DNA from: Octopus vulgaris
Taxonomy: Eukaryota
Assembly: GCA_951406725.2 (NCBI GenBank)
Contig: OX597825.1
Span: 12,648,001 to 12,712,000, forward strand
Length of the DNA stretch: 64,000 nt
Direction of reading: 5' to 3'
A program made the position numbers and the translations under genes. Shown one piece after another: positions 1-12,410 of this stretch. The notes below the pieces were generated by a model. It was not told where the DNA came from, ran no database searches, and saw nothing but the letters and a program-made list of their open reading frames with translations. Numbering within the stretch: position 1 is the first letter of the stretch; every line of letters begins with the position of its first letter.

Positions 1-1038
1 CACTTATTATTAATATTGTTAACTTTGAACTGCGCAAGGTTATATATACTACGCTTTTGATAGGCTCATAGGATACCGGATCAAGAAAAGCGGATTTTAG
101 CCGTGACCGCTGTCTAATATATATTTCATGGGTTGGCTACATTTTACAGTTTATCTTCCTTCAAATATCAATTGGGAAAAACACATAACTGATATTTATA
201 GCTCGGTAACCAAGTTATATTTTTGTTCGGACTACTGGTGCTTATGTTGCTGGATTTATGGCTAACGGTTATGCTGTACTTTTAGATGTGACATAGCAAT
301 TAATAAAACTTAATTAAGTGAAGCAATTAATAAATTTCAAATTTACTATACAGGACGACGTTACTGTTACTGCCTTTGTTGTTTCTTCTGTTCTGCATAT
401 TTATATCGCTACAGGAAGTGGTAACAAAAGACGGCGAACGGCAGAGGGCAGCTTTAATAAGGTTATAATGCAGTGATGTTGTCACAGGAGCGACACTGAC
501 TGACTAAAGAAGGTCAAAGGTGTACATTACATATGGTCGATCACCGCAAATAAGTGGGTGTTTTATGAAGTCAAGATGTGGCAGACCATAAGATGGATTC
601 TTTTAAGTATATGTTTACATTACGGTAATTTAGCATCTGTATAACATAGCGGAAGAAAAGGTGGTGGTTGGGGCGGGGGGTTGGGGGGTTGTTGGATAGG
701 AAAACAGAATGATAGTTGAGCGGAAATTGCTATCACACTTGTTAAAATTGCTTGATTATTGAGAAACACACCTTTCGTCGGCGTGCTGAAGGAAGTTTCA
801 AGGAAAAAAAAAAAGGGAAATAAAGAAATGAAGGAAAAGAGAATGAGAAAAATATGACATAGCGTGGTAATGAAAATATCATGCATAGGAAACCTCATCA
901 TGTGGTTGAGTGACGCGAGAAACGGGCATGCTATCGCAGACATACTTAAAGTGCAAATGGAGTTCTTTCTATTTCGTCCATCTCCATCTTTATGCATGTT
1001 TGTGAGCATGTATTTATACATATATATATATATATATA

Positions 1039-1209
1039 GGCGCAGGAGTGGCTGTGTGGTAAGTAGCTTGCTAAACAACCACATGGTTCCGGGTTCAGTC
1101 CCACTGCGTGGCATCTTGGGCAAGTGTCTTCTGCTATAGCCCCGGGCCGACCAATGCCTTGTGAGTGGATTTGGTAGACGGAAACTGAAAGAAGCCTGTC
1201 GTATATATG

Positions 1210-1240
<31 letters not shown>

Positions 1241-1454
1241 GTTTGTGTGTCTGTGTGTTTGTCCCCCTAGCATTGCTTGGCAACCGATGCTGGTGTGTTT
1301 ACGTCCTCGTCACTTAGCTGTTCGGCAAAAGAGACCGATAGAATAAGTACTGGGCTTACAAAGAATAAGTCCCGGGGTCCATTTGCTCGACTAAAGGCGG
1401 TGCTCCAGCATGGCCGCAGTCAAATGACTGAAACAAGTAAAAGAGTAAAAGAGT
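1039..1454 (+). mobile_element. tRNA-derived SINE, family A (full length)
   Basis: Pol III A box (TGGCTGTGTGG) and B box (GGTTCAGTCC), internal (TA)n/(TG)n tract and (AAAAGAGT)n tail. Near-identical copies at 17076, 22428 and 45855. Confidence 0.9.
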
Positions 1455-1750
1455 ATATATATATATATATATATATACCTACATGCACATACACACACAC
1501 GCACACTCGCACAGCCACGCACATACGTATGTACATATATGCATGTTGGCGAGTGTGTGTGAATGCATGTGCGCATGTGTACGTATTGCTGTTTAGTTTT
1601 CGTAGATTAGATTTTAAAAAAAAAAGTATCATTCAATTAAACTGGCAACTCTCTGGTATATGGATCATCATTATCGCCTTCACCAACACCAAAACACTTT
1701 TCCTCTCAACCACTTTCTCTTTGTTCCTTTTCTCCTCTTCGTTTTCTTTT

Positions 1751-2320
1751 CTTCTTCTTCTTCTTTTTCTTCTTCTTCTTCTTCTTCTTCTTCTTCTTCT
1801 TCTTCTTCTCATCCCTCTCCAGCCTGCACCACCACCACTTCAGCCTTATTCTGTCGACTACCTCGTCCTTTTCATCGGCCTCTTCTTCTTCTTCTTTTTC
1901 TTCTTCTTCTTCTTCTTCTTCTTCTTCTTCTTCTTCTTCTTCTTCTTCTTCTTCTTCTTCTTCTTCTTCTTGTCACCCCTCTCCCACCTGCACCTTCTTC
2001 TCCTCCTTCTCCTTTTTCTCTTCCTCCAGCGTTTTTTCCTCCTTTTCTTACTCCTCATCCTCCTCCACCTTCTTCTTCTCCTTTTTCTTCCCATTCTGCT
2101 TCTTCTCCTCCACCTTCTTCTTTTTCTTCTTCTCCTCCAGCTCCTTTTTTTCTTCGTCTACTCCCCCTCTCCCCCGCCTGCACCACTACCACCACCACCG
2201 CCACCACCAAACCGCCACCTCCCCATCCCCCTTCTCCCCCTCTTTCGTCTACTTCTTCTCTTCCCCGTCCTCCTTCACCTCTTCTTCTTCTTCTTCTTCT
2301 TCTTCTTCTTCTTCTTCTTC
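1751..2320. repeat. (CTT)n microsatellites and pyrimidine-rich low-complexity tract
   Basis: Long CTT runs at about 1751-1808, 1881-1970 and 2281-2320, with C/T-rich sequence between them. Confidence 0.95.
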
Positions 2321-2414
2321 TACAATCTTTAATACTAAATATACTGATTTTAAATTCTATCACAATGCTAGCATCTTCGGAGGTGGTCGTAAGCCTACTA
2401 CCCATGTTCCAGTG

Positions 2415-2550
2415 CAGAACTAGTAGTTAGTTTACCGACCCGGAAACAATGAAGAACAAAAGTCTACCTCGGTTGAATTTGAACTGGTGACGCAAAGATT
2501 GACGAAACGCCCGAAAAGCATTTTGCCCGGCGCGCTTAACGATTTGTGTT
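2415..2550 (-). mobile_element. degenerate SINE family B fragment
   Basis: Diverged reverse-complement match to the SINE-B body and head (gtctacctcgg...tttgaact; cattttgcccggcgcgcttaacg). Confidence 0.6.
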
Positions 2551-2669
2551 AACTTACCATCATTATACAGCAGTGAGGCAACAAACCTCCATTTATGAGA
2601 CTGAGTAACTGGTTGGAAATATTAACCAAATATAGGCACAGACGTGGCTGTGTGGTAAGAAGCTTGCTT

Positions 2670-2818
2670 GGGACGAGGGATCACTCGGCTCGTCCGTCGA
2701 CGAAGAGCGCAGCTATCTGCGTGAACTGATGCGAATTGCAGGACTCCGTGAACATCGACACCTCAAACGCACATTGAGGCCCCGAGATCCCATCGTCCCG
2801 GGGCTCCCCGTCCAGTCG
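2670..2818 (+). pseudogene. 5.8S rRNA retro-pseudogene (near full length)
   Basis: GGATCACTCGGCTCGTCCGTCGACGAAGAGCGCAGCT...GCGAATTGCAGGAC...GAACATCGACACCTCAAACGCACATTG...CCCGGGGCT follows the conserved eukaryotic 5.8S sequence. No ITS, 18S or 28S context is present. Confidence 0.9.
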
Positions 2819-3024
2819 AAGGCTTTGAGCTGGTAGAAGCGTTAGCACACCGGGCGAAATACTTAGTGATATTTCGTCTGCTGCTACGTTCTCAGTTCAT
2901 ATTCCGCCTGAGGTTGACTTTGCTTTAATCCAGTTACGCACTGGGGTCGATATAATCGACTTAATCCGTTTGTCTGTCCTTGTTTGTCCCTTCTGAATCT
3001 AGCCCCTTGTGGGTAGTAAAGAAA
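2819..3024 (+). mobile_element. SINE family B copy fused to the 5.8S sequence
   Basis: aaggctttgagctggtagaagcgttagc...gccccttgtgggtagtaaagaaa matches SINE-B, with an internal deletion. Confidence 0.85.
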
Positions 3025-4290
3025 TAAGAAGTTTGCTTCCCTACCACAGGGTTCTGGGTTCAGTTCCAATGCGTGACACCTCGGGTAAGTATCTTCTTCT
3101 ATAGCCTCGGGGAGACTGAAGCCTTTGTGAATGGATTTGGTAGACGGAAACTGAAAGAAGCCCTTCGCATATATAAACGTGTATGTTTGTATGTATATGC
3201 GTGTTTATGTGCTTGTTTGTTTCTGTGTTTGTCCCCCACTCTCCAGCATCACTGCTTCACAACTGGTTTTGGTTTGTTTACGTCCCCGTAACGTAGCGAT
3301 TCGGCAAGAAACAGCGATGGAATATGTAGTAGGCTTAAATAAGTAATCTCCTCAAGGTGTTGCTCCAGCATGGCTGCATTCAAATGACTGAAACAAATAA
3401 AAGAATAAAAGAATAAATTATCTCGAATACGATCATAGCCCTTTGGAAGAAGAAGGAGAATTTTAATAATATCTCTGGAGGTACGTTGCTGGGAATAAAA
3501 CACGATATCATCACGGCATTCACCCCTAAGTCATTCTGATCTGGTCGGGCCGGGGACTGAACAACCATAGAGAGAATAGTTCCTAACTATGTGAATAAAG
3601 AATTTCTTTGAATTTTAGCCAACAAAATTGATAAAAGACATCCAATATCATGAAGACAGTAGCAGGCTTCTTTCTTTCTTTTTTCGCGATATCACTATCA
3701 TGTAATGACGTCTCCCGACTCTTTGTTCTCTTAATAACAGAATATCGTGTCGATGTTATTGTATTTTGTTCCCAAACACTGTCAAAGACAGTTTGGTATA
3801 TCATGATCTCATATAAGACATTGAATAGGATATTTCCTGTATATTTCTTTTCTGATTCATTGGTTTAATAATCGAACTTCCCGCGGTAATGGCTGTGCTA
3901 AGTCAATGATGCTTGCAAGTATAATGTATCTTCTTTGAGAGAGCGTGTACGGGTGTATAGGCTTGAATGTATGTGAGCACGTTCTTGTCTATGTATTACG
4001 ACAAGGGTGCATAACCGTTTACAGTTAAATCACGATGTGGTATGGAAAAGGACAGAAGGAACAGGTGTGGTAGATGGGTGGGGTGTATTTCTTTCAGTAT
4101 GTGTGTGTGTGTAGTATAAAGAATAAAAGATGTACATGGAACATCCGGTGTGAGAAAAAGTTAGATGTTTTAAATAATAAATATATTACTGTCTATAGAT
4201 TAGAGAAACAAAAGATAGAATATTTTCTGAAGAAATGAAAGACTAAGATCCTGCTACTGCTACTATCACTACTGCTGCTGCTATGTATAC

Positions 4291-5058
4291 ATCTTTTATC
4301 TTTTATCTTTAACTAGCAGTATCGCCCGGCGTTGCTCAGGTTTGTAAGGGAAATAACTATAAAGCATTTTTTAGAGAGTTATAGCCAAAAAATAGCAAAA
4401 AAATGGAAAAAAAATGATGGTAAATTTTTTTTGAGAGTTAAAAAAGGTGGAGTTGCGTCCCCTAGACGGTTTGTGGTTTGGGTTTCTGATTCTCGACCCC
4501 ATGTCGAATTTATCGATTTTTTTCAGAACTGGGGGAACTTTTCAAAATTTTCGCTGCGTTAGTTTTGAATTATGACATTGGGCTATGTGTGTGTCAAGTT
4601 TCATCAGAATCGGTTGAAAGCCGTGGTCAGAGTGAGGGTACGAGAAAACAGACACACAGAAACACGCACAGACAAACTGCCGTTTATATAGAGAGAGATT
4701 TGTGTCAGTCATTATACAGTGGCCATGCAGGGGGAGCCGCCTTGAAGAAACTTTGGTAGACCGAATCGACCCCAGGCGCTTTATTTTCAGTCGAGCACTT
4801 ATTATTTCGGACCCTTTTGCCAATGCGCTAAGTTACGGCGACATAAACACAATATCACTGGTTGTAAAGCGGTAGTGGGGGATAAACACACATACACGCA
4901 CACATACATATATATGTATTTACTCTTTACCCTATGTATACGACGGGATTCTTTCAGTTTCCATCTACTCGAGTCTGTGGTGAAAGACAATAGCCTAAGG
5001 TGCAACGCAGTGGAACTGAAACCGGAAGCATGTGACTGGGAAGCAAGCATTTTCTCAC
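4291..5058 (-). mobile_element. diverged SINE family A, tail interrupted by a Helitron
   Basis: Tail tcttttatcttttatc at 4292, body resumes at 4700 (ttgtgtcagtcatt...ggccatgc), and the head lies near 5000-5058. Confidence 0.7.
4313..4698 (-). mobile_element. non-autonomous Helitron
   Basis: On the minus strand it starts with TC and ends with CTAG after a GC-rich subterminal hairpin. It sits between A and T with no TSD. A close copy lies at 12027-12410. Confidence 0.85.
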
Positions 5059-5136
5059 ATCCTTTTCAGATCCGAAAACTCCACCGCCCTACTGAATCCT
5101 AGATCTGGAATTTTCAGCCGATGCAAACGTATGGAT

Positions 5137-5555
5137 AAGGCGGTGAGCTGGTAGAAACATTAGCACGCCGTGCGAAATGCTTAGCGGTATGCCGTATACC
5201 GCTACGTTCTGAGTTCAAATACTGCCGAGGTCGACTTTGCCTTTCATCCTTTCGGGGTCGATTAAATAAGTACCAGTTACGCATTGGGGTCAATATAATC
5301 GACTTAATCCGTTTGTCTGTCCTTGTTTGTCCTCTTTGTGTTTAGTCCCTTGTGGGTAGTAAAGAAATAGGTATTTCGTCTGCCGTTACGTTCTGAGTTC
5401 AAATTCCGCCGAGGTCGATTTGCGTTTCACCCTTTCGGGGTCGATAAATAAAGTACCAGTTACGCACTGGGGTCGATGTAATCGACTTACTCCTTTTGTG
5501 TGTCCTTATTTTTCCCTTCTATGTTTAGCCCCTTGTGGGCAATAAAAAAATAAGT
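5137..5555 (+). mobile_element. SINE family B dimer (head-body-tail + body-tail)
   Basis: The second unit starts at about 5371 (ggtatttcgtctgcc). TSD AAACGTATGGAT at 5125-5136 and 5556-5567. Confidence 0.9.
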
Positions 5556-5933
5556 AAACGTATGGATGAGACCCTTTTGGCAATTTGGAAAATACCACCC
5601 TTTCAAGATTGAACGTCTGCACCACAGATTCTAGGCTCCTAACCATTCATCCTTATGACTTTACGGTCAAAGGAAACATAAATCTAATTCTCCGATTCTT
5701 TTCGTTTTCTCTTTTTTATGTTTTTCGTTTTCCGGTGTTTTCAACTTTCCACCTGTTACATCTACATTCTTCTCGCATTTTCTCGTATTTTCTCTTATTG
5801 TAGCGTCTTCCTTTGGCTTTCTGTGCCATGTCTGTAGAACCTGAGTAGAGTGTAAAGGCACCAAATGTACATTATTGTCATTGTTTACATTATTTACATT
5901 TGACGTATATTTGTCCTCATCTTGTTTGTTGTT

Positions 5934-5979
5934 AACACAACGTTTCGGCTGATATACGCTCCAGCCTTTATCAGGTGTC
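5934..5979 (-). ncRNA. minimal type I hammerhead ribozyme-like motif (G8A, probably inactive)
   Basis: Minus strand reads GACAC CTGATAA A GGCTG-gagcgtatat-CAGCC GAAA CG TT GTGTT. It is flanked by inverted arms at about 5868-5925 and 6006-6060. Confidence 0.7.
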
Positions 5980-6661
5980 CTAGGAGAATTTCGAAACTGG
6001 GTTCTCAAGATGACAAATATCCGTCAAATGTATATAATGTAAATAATATAAATAATGTATATAATTCCTCACCTCTTAAATATAGAACTGTGGCACCAGA
6101 CCTGTTATAAAATGTGGTTTGAGTTGTTTTTATCACATGAAACTTTTAGTAGCTCATAAAAATATATACCGCGTTTATTAAATAATAGTCATACGTATAT
6201 ACATACATACTTACATACAAATATATATGCATGTGTGTGTGTGTGTGTGCGTGTATGCATACATAGATATATCGATAGATAGATATAGATATATATCTAC
6301 AGAAACATATAAAAACATATGTATGCCTATCCACGTGTGTGCATATGTGAAGGCATGTACCTTAGCTAATAGAGAGTCGGGTATGCAGTCTTGGTTTCCC
6401 TTCCTCGAAAAGGTAGTGCCACGAATGCATACTTCTTCACTCTGATATTGGCTACCCGACTGAAATAAGTATCACCAACAAACAACCCACCTTTCCTTTA
6501 TCTTTCATATTTATTATTTTTTTTTTTTTGGTGTGAAAAAAAAAACAAAAGAAAAAACTGAGAATCAGGTCGCTACCATATAGACATCTCAAACTATTAG
6601 CAAAAATGTGGTACAGACGAACATGTCATATAATCGCTATCAAGTGACGGCTAAGATTTCG

Positions 6662-6737
6662 TACATACATACATACATACATACATACATACATACATAC
6701 ATACAGGCATACATACATACATACATACATATATACA

Positions 6738-6771
<34 letters not shown>

Positions 6772-7137
6772 CATACATACATACATACATACATACATAC
6801 ATACATACATACATACATACATACATACATACATACATACATACATACATACATACATACATACATACATACATACATACATACATACATACATACATAC
6901 ATACATACATACATACATACATACATACATACATACATACATACATACATACATACATACATACATACATACATACATACATACATACATACATACATAC
7001 ATACATACATACATACATACATACATACATACATACATACATACATACATACATACATACATACATACATACATACATACATACATACATACATACATAC
7101 ATACATACATACATACATACATACATACATACATACA

Positions 7138-7171
<34 letters not shown>

Positions 7172-7201
7172 CATACATACATACATACATACATACATAC
7201 A

Positions 7202-7235
<34 letters not shown>

Positions 7236-7393
7236 CATACATACATACATACATACATACATACATACATACATACATACATACATACATACATACATAC
7301 ATACATACATACATACATACATACATACATACATACATACATACATACATACATACATACATACATACATACATACATACATACATACATACA
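6662..7393. repeat. (TACA)n tetranucleotide microsatellite, about 730 bp
   Basis: Almost pure TACA array. Confidence 0.99.
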
Positions 7394-8365
7394 TGAGCGG
7401 TACGGGCTACTCGATTTGAAGAATATTCTAACTTGTTCCCACATTGTAAACTCTTGTGCTGTTTACCTTCATATGAAGTTAGAAGTCTATATATTAAATT
7501 GTACTGAATACGAAATTATGGATATTTGCATTTTAAGGGTGCAATGAAATTAAGCATGGCATCTCTTGCAGGAAATCCATGTTCCTGCAACTAGTGTAAT
7601 TGCTGCTTGAGGATTTCTTAGACTAATTTCTTAAATTTTTAAATTTCTTAGAGTACTTTCTAAAAGAAGGAAAAGCTGAGGATTCAGCGTATGCTACGCT
7701 GAATCCTCTGTTACAACCGCTTCAATACAAATTCATTTTGTACCACATTACTTATTAAGGAATATATAAATAACAAAATCTCTAATAATTTAAAGATGAT
7801 TAAATAAATTCCAGGGCGATGAAGTCTGTTGAGGTGTTACTTCGATAAAATATAGGACCAGTTTAATTCCTGGGTAACCATTAAAACTACTTCCCATATA
7901 ACTGCTGGCATTTTGCCTATATCAGAAATTGTTAATAAATAAATTACTAACTGATCAACGAGAGACAATTGTAAATAACATTTTATTCAAGATCCCATTG
8001 CACCTAATAAAATATGGTAAGAAAATCTTACACGGTCGGAATTGGTCTTTTAATTGCTTATTCTGATGATCATGAAGAGGATGTTCTCATTATTAAACAT
8101 CTTTTGGCTGCAGAGATTTTAAGTATAACAGTAGACTTTTTCGTCTGAAGATTCATGCTGCAGACGTCTCTGCTTAATTTCCTCCAAGACATTCTTGAAA
8201 TAGTTAGAATGTTGCAAATTGAATATATCTGCCTTTCACCTGTCGTTAAAATATTTTCATATCTGAGAGTCAGACTTATAGACATATACATTAACAAATA
8301 CCTGCATACATACATTTATTTATATACTGTATTTATGTACGTATCTATTTGTATATGTATGTATG

Positions 8366-8414
<49 letters not shown>

Positions 8415-8417
8415 ATA

Positions 8418-8450
<33 letters not shown>

Positions 8451-8532
8451 ATATATATATTTGTATATATATAAATATATATATATATATAGGTATATTT
8501 ATATGTATTTCTACTTACATGTATATATATGT

Positions 8533-8593
<61 letters not shown>

Positions 8594-9496
8594 CATATAT
8601 ATAATTATATTTATATTTATATCACACATAAAGGCAGGTGGTCAGAGAATTATTGCTAAGTAGTTAAAGCAGTCTGCTGCTGTGTTTGTAGTCGAACAAT
8701 AAATTGTAAAAGTTCCGTGTTTGCCTGACAGCAAACATAAAGTATATTGTCCATCATTAAACATTGAAGCTAAATTGCATAGCAGAAGTAATAGTGGCTT
8801 TTCTATGGTTTCATCCTTTGATTGTCTCCCCTAAATCTATGTTAATAAAATGGCATCTTTTAAACTATTTCGGACCAAAAATGATTGGCTGTTTCGATAG
8901 TCTTCTCTTCTGTTGTTAGTAATCATCGAACAATGCGAGTGCAGTAGATTCAAGGAGATAGTTGATGCGAATTTGCTATTTTACTGATATGTCGTTCTAA
9001 AAAGAATATTTTATCGCTGCTCAATAAAGTGACGCAACACGAGACAATTGTATACACGTACAATATATGTATATATTTATGATTGCATATATATATATAA
9101 GGATGTACACATCTTTATATATATTATATACATATGTTTCGTTCTACTATATTATATATACATATATACACATACTTATACGTAAATGTAGGACGATTAA
9201 ATGAGTGCCCAATACCGCATTGGTAGATATACAATTTCTTTATTTTTGAATTAAGGCTACCGTTGGTTTCATGCTCAGAAAAGTAGGAAAATATCCTAGT
9301 ATCTTATCAATTTTTTCTGTCAAGAAAAATAGGGAAATATCTTAGTGTCTTAACAATTTTTCAAGCCGATCACAAGGAGAAAGGTATTCGCCTCATTGTC
9401 ATTTTCATTATATGTTGTTGTTGCCGTTGTTATTATTTTGGTTTGTCTCAAACTCGGTCTTATTCCTGGAAGAATTTATGTAGACACTTGGTTACT

Positions 9497-9885
9497 ACCT
9501 GTAACCATAGGGATCCACAAGTTTTCTGCAGTCTTTCAAGGGCTTAGAACCCTCCTGATAATCGTTGCTGTCCCTAAAGGACATACTTTCTGTAGGAGCT
9601 CTACCGGTCATTGAATCTGAATCTCCTTCAGCTATTTGTCTATATATTTGCTTACTGTTCCCAACGCACCAAATTTTAAGGGTACGAACTTTACCGTTCG
9701 CATGCTCCAAATTCTTCCGATTTCAAATATTAATGGATTGCATTTTTTTTTTTGTGTGTATGATTTTATTCCTCTTTCTTTACAATCCTAGAATCAAACA
9801 GGAATGATGGATCGATACACCAGCAACATCGCTTTTCCTAATCTATAATTGTTATGTCTGGTCTATTATTTTCTAACTCATTGTG
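9497..9885 (-). mobile_element. decayed R4/Dong-like (RLE) non-LTR retrotransposon 3' fragment
   Basis: Minus-strand translation gives NRPDITIID..CWCID..FDSRI and GALGTV...ELLQKVCPLGTATIIRRVL, the C-terminus of a restriction-like endonuclease. Stops and frameshifts are present. Confidence 0.75.
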
Positions 9886-9898
9886 AATTTGAATAGGA

Positions 9899-10140
9899 TT
9901 ATTATTATTATTATTCAGTAGTTTTATTTTTATAGCGTGCTTTCACTTCACTACCGAGCGCAGCTCTGTGTGCCTTGGGTATGTGCTGTGATTTGTTGTG
10001 ATGCTCTGATGGTTATTGTATGGAAAGTGTTCTGCGTAGGATGTGTGCAGTGCCTAGTAGTGCAATTTTCTGTATGTTATATGTGTTTGTGAGTCCTGGT
10101 GTTTTTGTTATGTATTTGTCTGAATATTTTTTTATCATAT
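9899..10140 (-). mobile_element. R4/Dong-like LINE 3' end with 3' UTR and (TAA)n tail
   Basis: Minus strand encodes MIKKYSDKYITKTPGLTNTYNIQKIALLGTAHILRRTLSIQ*, followed by a UTR of about 95 nt and then (TAA)n. Confidence 0.8.
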
Positions 10141-10157
10141 TTTTTATTGTCTGAATA

Positions 10158-10167
<10 letters not shown>

Positions 10168-10220
<53 letters not shown>

Positions 10221-10261
10221 AATTACTATTACTATTACTATTACTATTATTATTATTATTA

Positions 10262-10353
<92 letters not shown>

Positions 10354-10463
10354 ATTATTACTATTACTATTACTATTATTATTATTATTAATATTATTAT
10401 TATTATTATTACTATTATTATTATTATTATTATTATTATTATCATCATCATCATCATCATCAT
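10168..10463. repeat. (TAT)n/(CAT)n microsatellite
   Basis: Trinucleotide array. Confidence 0.97.
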
Positions 10464-11057
10464 CGCTGCTTGCGCATAGGATCATTTTTGTTATTTTAGC
10501 ATACATATATATATATATGTTCTCCAACTCGTATTATTTTTTTCCGTGCAACTATTTTCGACATTGTTAGCGTCATATCTCTTTCAACTTCGCCCGGCAG
10601 AATTTCTCTTCGTGACATGTGTGCGTAAAAGAACAACAAGCGAGCGCGCCTTTTAATACAGGAAAGAGAAAAAGAAATAAGAAGGAATAAGGAAGAAAGG
10701 TAGTAAAAAAAAAAAATTAAGAATTACAGTGAATGAATTTTCTAACAGGTAAATATTAGAAGTAAAATATTTTCTTAGCGCTTATGCCAATGCGCCTAAA
10801 TGACGGAAATTAGAACGTGGTAGAAATAAAACGCAGTGTGAGAAACAGAGGTACGAAAAAAAACGTGTTATGCAAGGAGAAAGTGTGAGATAATGATTCT
10901 TAAAAGAAAAATGAAAGCAGTCAGCATGACATATACTTTCTGTACCGAAGAAAATCTTCAAAGGAACAATCATTTTCATCACGTTAAACCTTAGTATTAA
11001 CCTAGATATCAACGAAGGCCACACGCTTTATATAAAATATTTTACACATCTAAAAAC

Positions 11058-11100
<43 letters not shown>

Positions 11101-11137
11101 TATATACATATATATATATATGTATATATATATATAC

Positions 11138-11199
<62 letters not shown>

Positions 11200-11790
11200 C
11201 ATCGCAGATATTATAACAGACAAAAGAATGATAGTTTGCTAGATTACCAAATATACATAGTACAAGATCTCATATTCCAGGAAGTGAGTAGTTAATTATA
11301 TCGATTACACTGTCATCGACGCTTTTTATCGATTCCAGCATGATACAGCGAAAAGGCAGCATCAATTTGATAGAGAATCTAAAATCACGTCACGAGATTT
11401 TGCCGAGAGATACTTTCCGACGTTCAACAATCATTACCACTTAGTGACCTTGATATTCTGCAGAAGCGAACAGTTGCTCGTCTTCAAGAAAAGAACAGCG
11501 TAGTGTATTTGGGCAGCGTCTTACCGATGCTGTCATTCTTTCTGAATATTTATTGTAATACAGGGTGCAATGCCAGAAGAAAAACAAATCCTTGTCTTAA
11601 TGGCATCCAAATATACACTACCAACAGACTTATATATTCTGCTTGACAATATCAAATTGTGTATTTGGGAACGCTTCATATGATTTAAGTCTTAATTGAA
11701 ACCCTATGGATAAGTTTGTATGTATGTATGTATGTATGTATGTATGTATGTATGTATGTATGTATGTATGTATGTATGTATGTATGTGTG

Positions 11791-11850
<60 letters not shown>

Positions 11851-12026
11851 ATTATATGTAGCCTCTATCTATCTAAATATATATATATATATATTTATAT
11901 ATAGAAGTAAATATATGGTACAACGAAGTACCGATATTTACTGGAAAATGTATAATTTTTCCCTCACGGGCTATTCTTTACTGGTAAGCAATACTATCGC
12001 ATTGCATTACTATTTATATTTATATA

Positions 12027-12410
12027 TCTCTCTCTATATAAACGGCAGCTTGTCTGTGTGTGTTTCTGTGTGTCTGTTTGCTTGTACCCTCACCCTGACC
12101 ACGGCTTTCAACCGATTATGATGAAACTTGACACACACATAGCCCAATGTCATAATTCAAAACTAACGCAGCGAAAATTTTGAAAAGTTCCCCCAGTTCT
12201 GAAAAAGATCGATAAATTCGACATGGGGTCGACAATCAGAAACACAAACCACAGATGGTCTAGGGGACGCAACTCGACCATTTTAACTATCAAAAAAATT
12301 TACCATCATTTTTTCCCCCATTTTTTTGCTATTTTTTGGCTATAACTCTCTAAAAATGCTTTATAGTTATTTCCCTTACAAACCCGAGCAACGCCGGGCG
12401 ATACTGCTAG
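12027..12410 (+). mobile_element. non-autonomous Helitron
   Basis: 5' TCTCTCTCTATATAAACGG and 3' CCCGagcaacgcCGGGcgatactgCTAG, with an A|T target. Paralogue of 4313-4698. Confidence 0.85.

Larger units (their letters stand above)
2635..3415 (+). mobile_element. SINE family A, interrupted in its tRNA head by a 5.8S/SINE-B insert
   Basis: The head GTGGCTGTGTGGTAAGAAGCTTGCTT stops at 2669 and resumes at 3039 (ccctaccacagggttctgggttcagttcc). The tail aaagaataaaagaata ends near 3415. Confidence 0.85.

Noticed and set aside
436-452. CTCF-like motif (ggcagagggcagc)
   Set aside because: Partial match only, at a rate expected by chance.
1039-1110. tRNA genes at SINE heads
   Set aside because: A and B boxes are present, but I see no complete cloverleaf and the sequence continues into a SINE body.
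1277-2430. Long ORFs of 351 aa and 256 aa (poly-L/F/S/P)
   Set aside because: They are translations of SINE sequence and (CTT)n repeats, with no domain or splice evidence.
2670-2818. Functional rDNA unit
   Set aside because: No 18S, ITS or 28S sequence is present, and the copy is TSD-bounded inside a SINE.
3480-3880. Short overlapping ORFs in non-repetitive sequence
   Set aside because: No recognisable domain, and the frames are interrupted.
6608-7444. YIHT/MYVC repeat ORFs
   Set aside because: Stop-free (TACA)n microsatellite.
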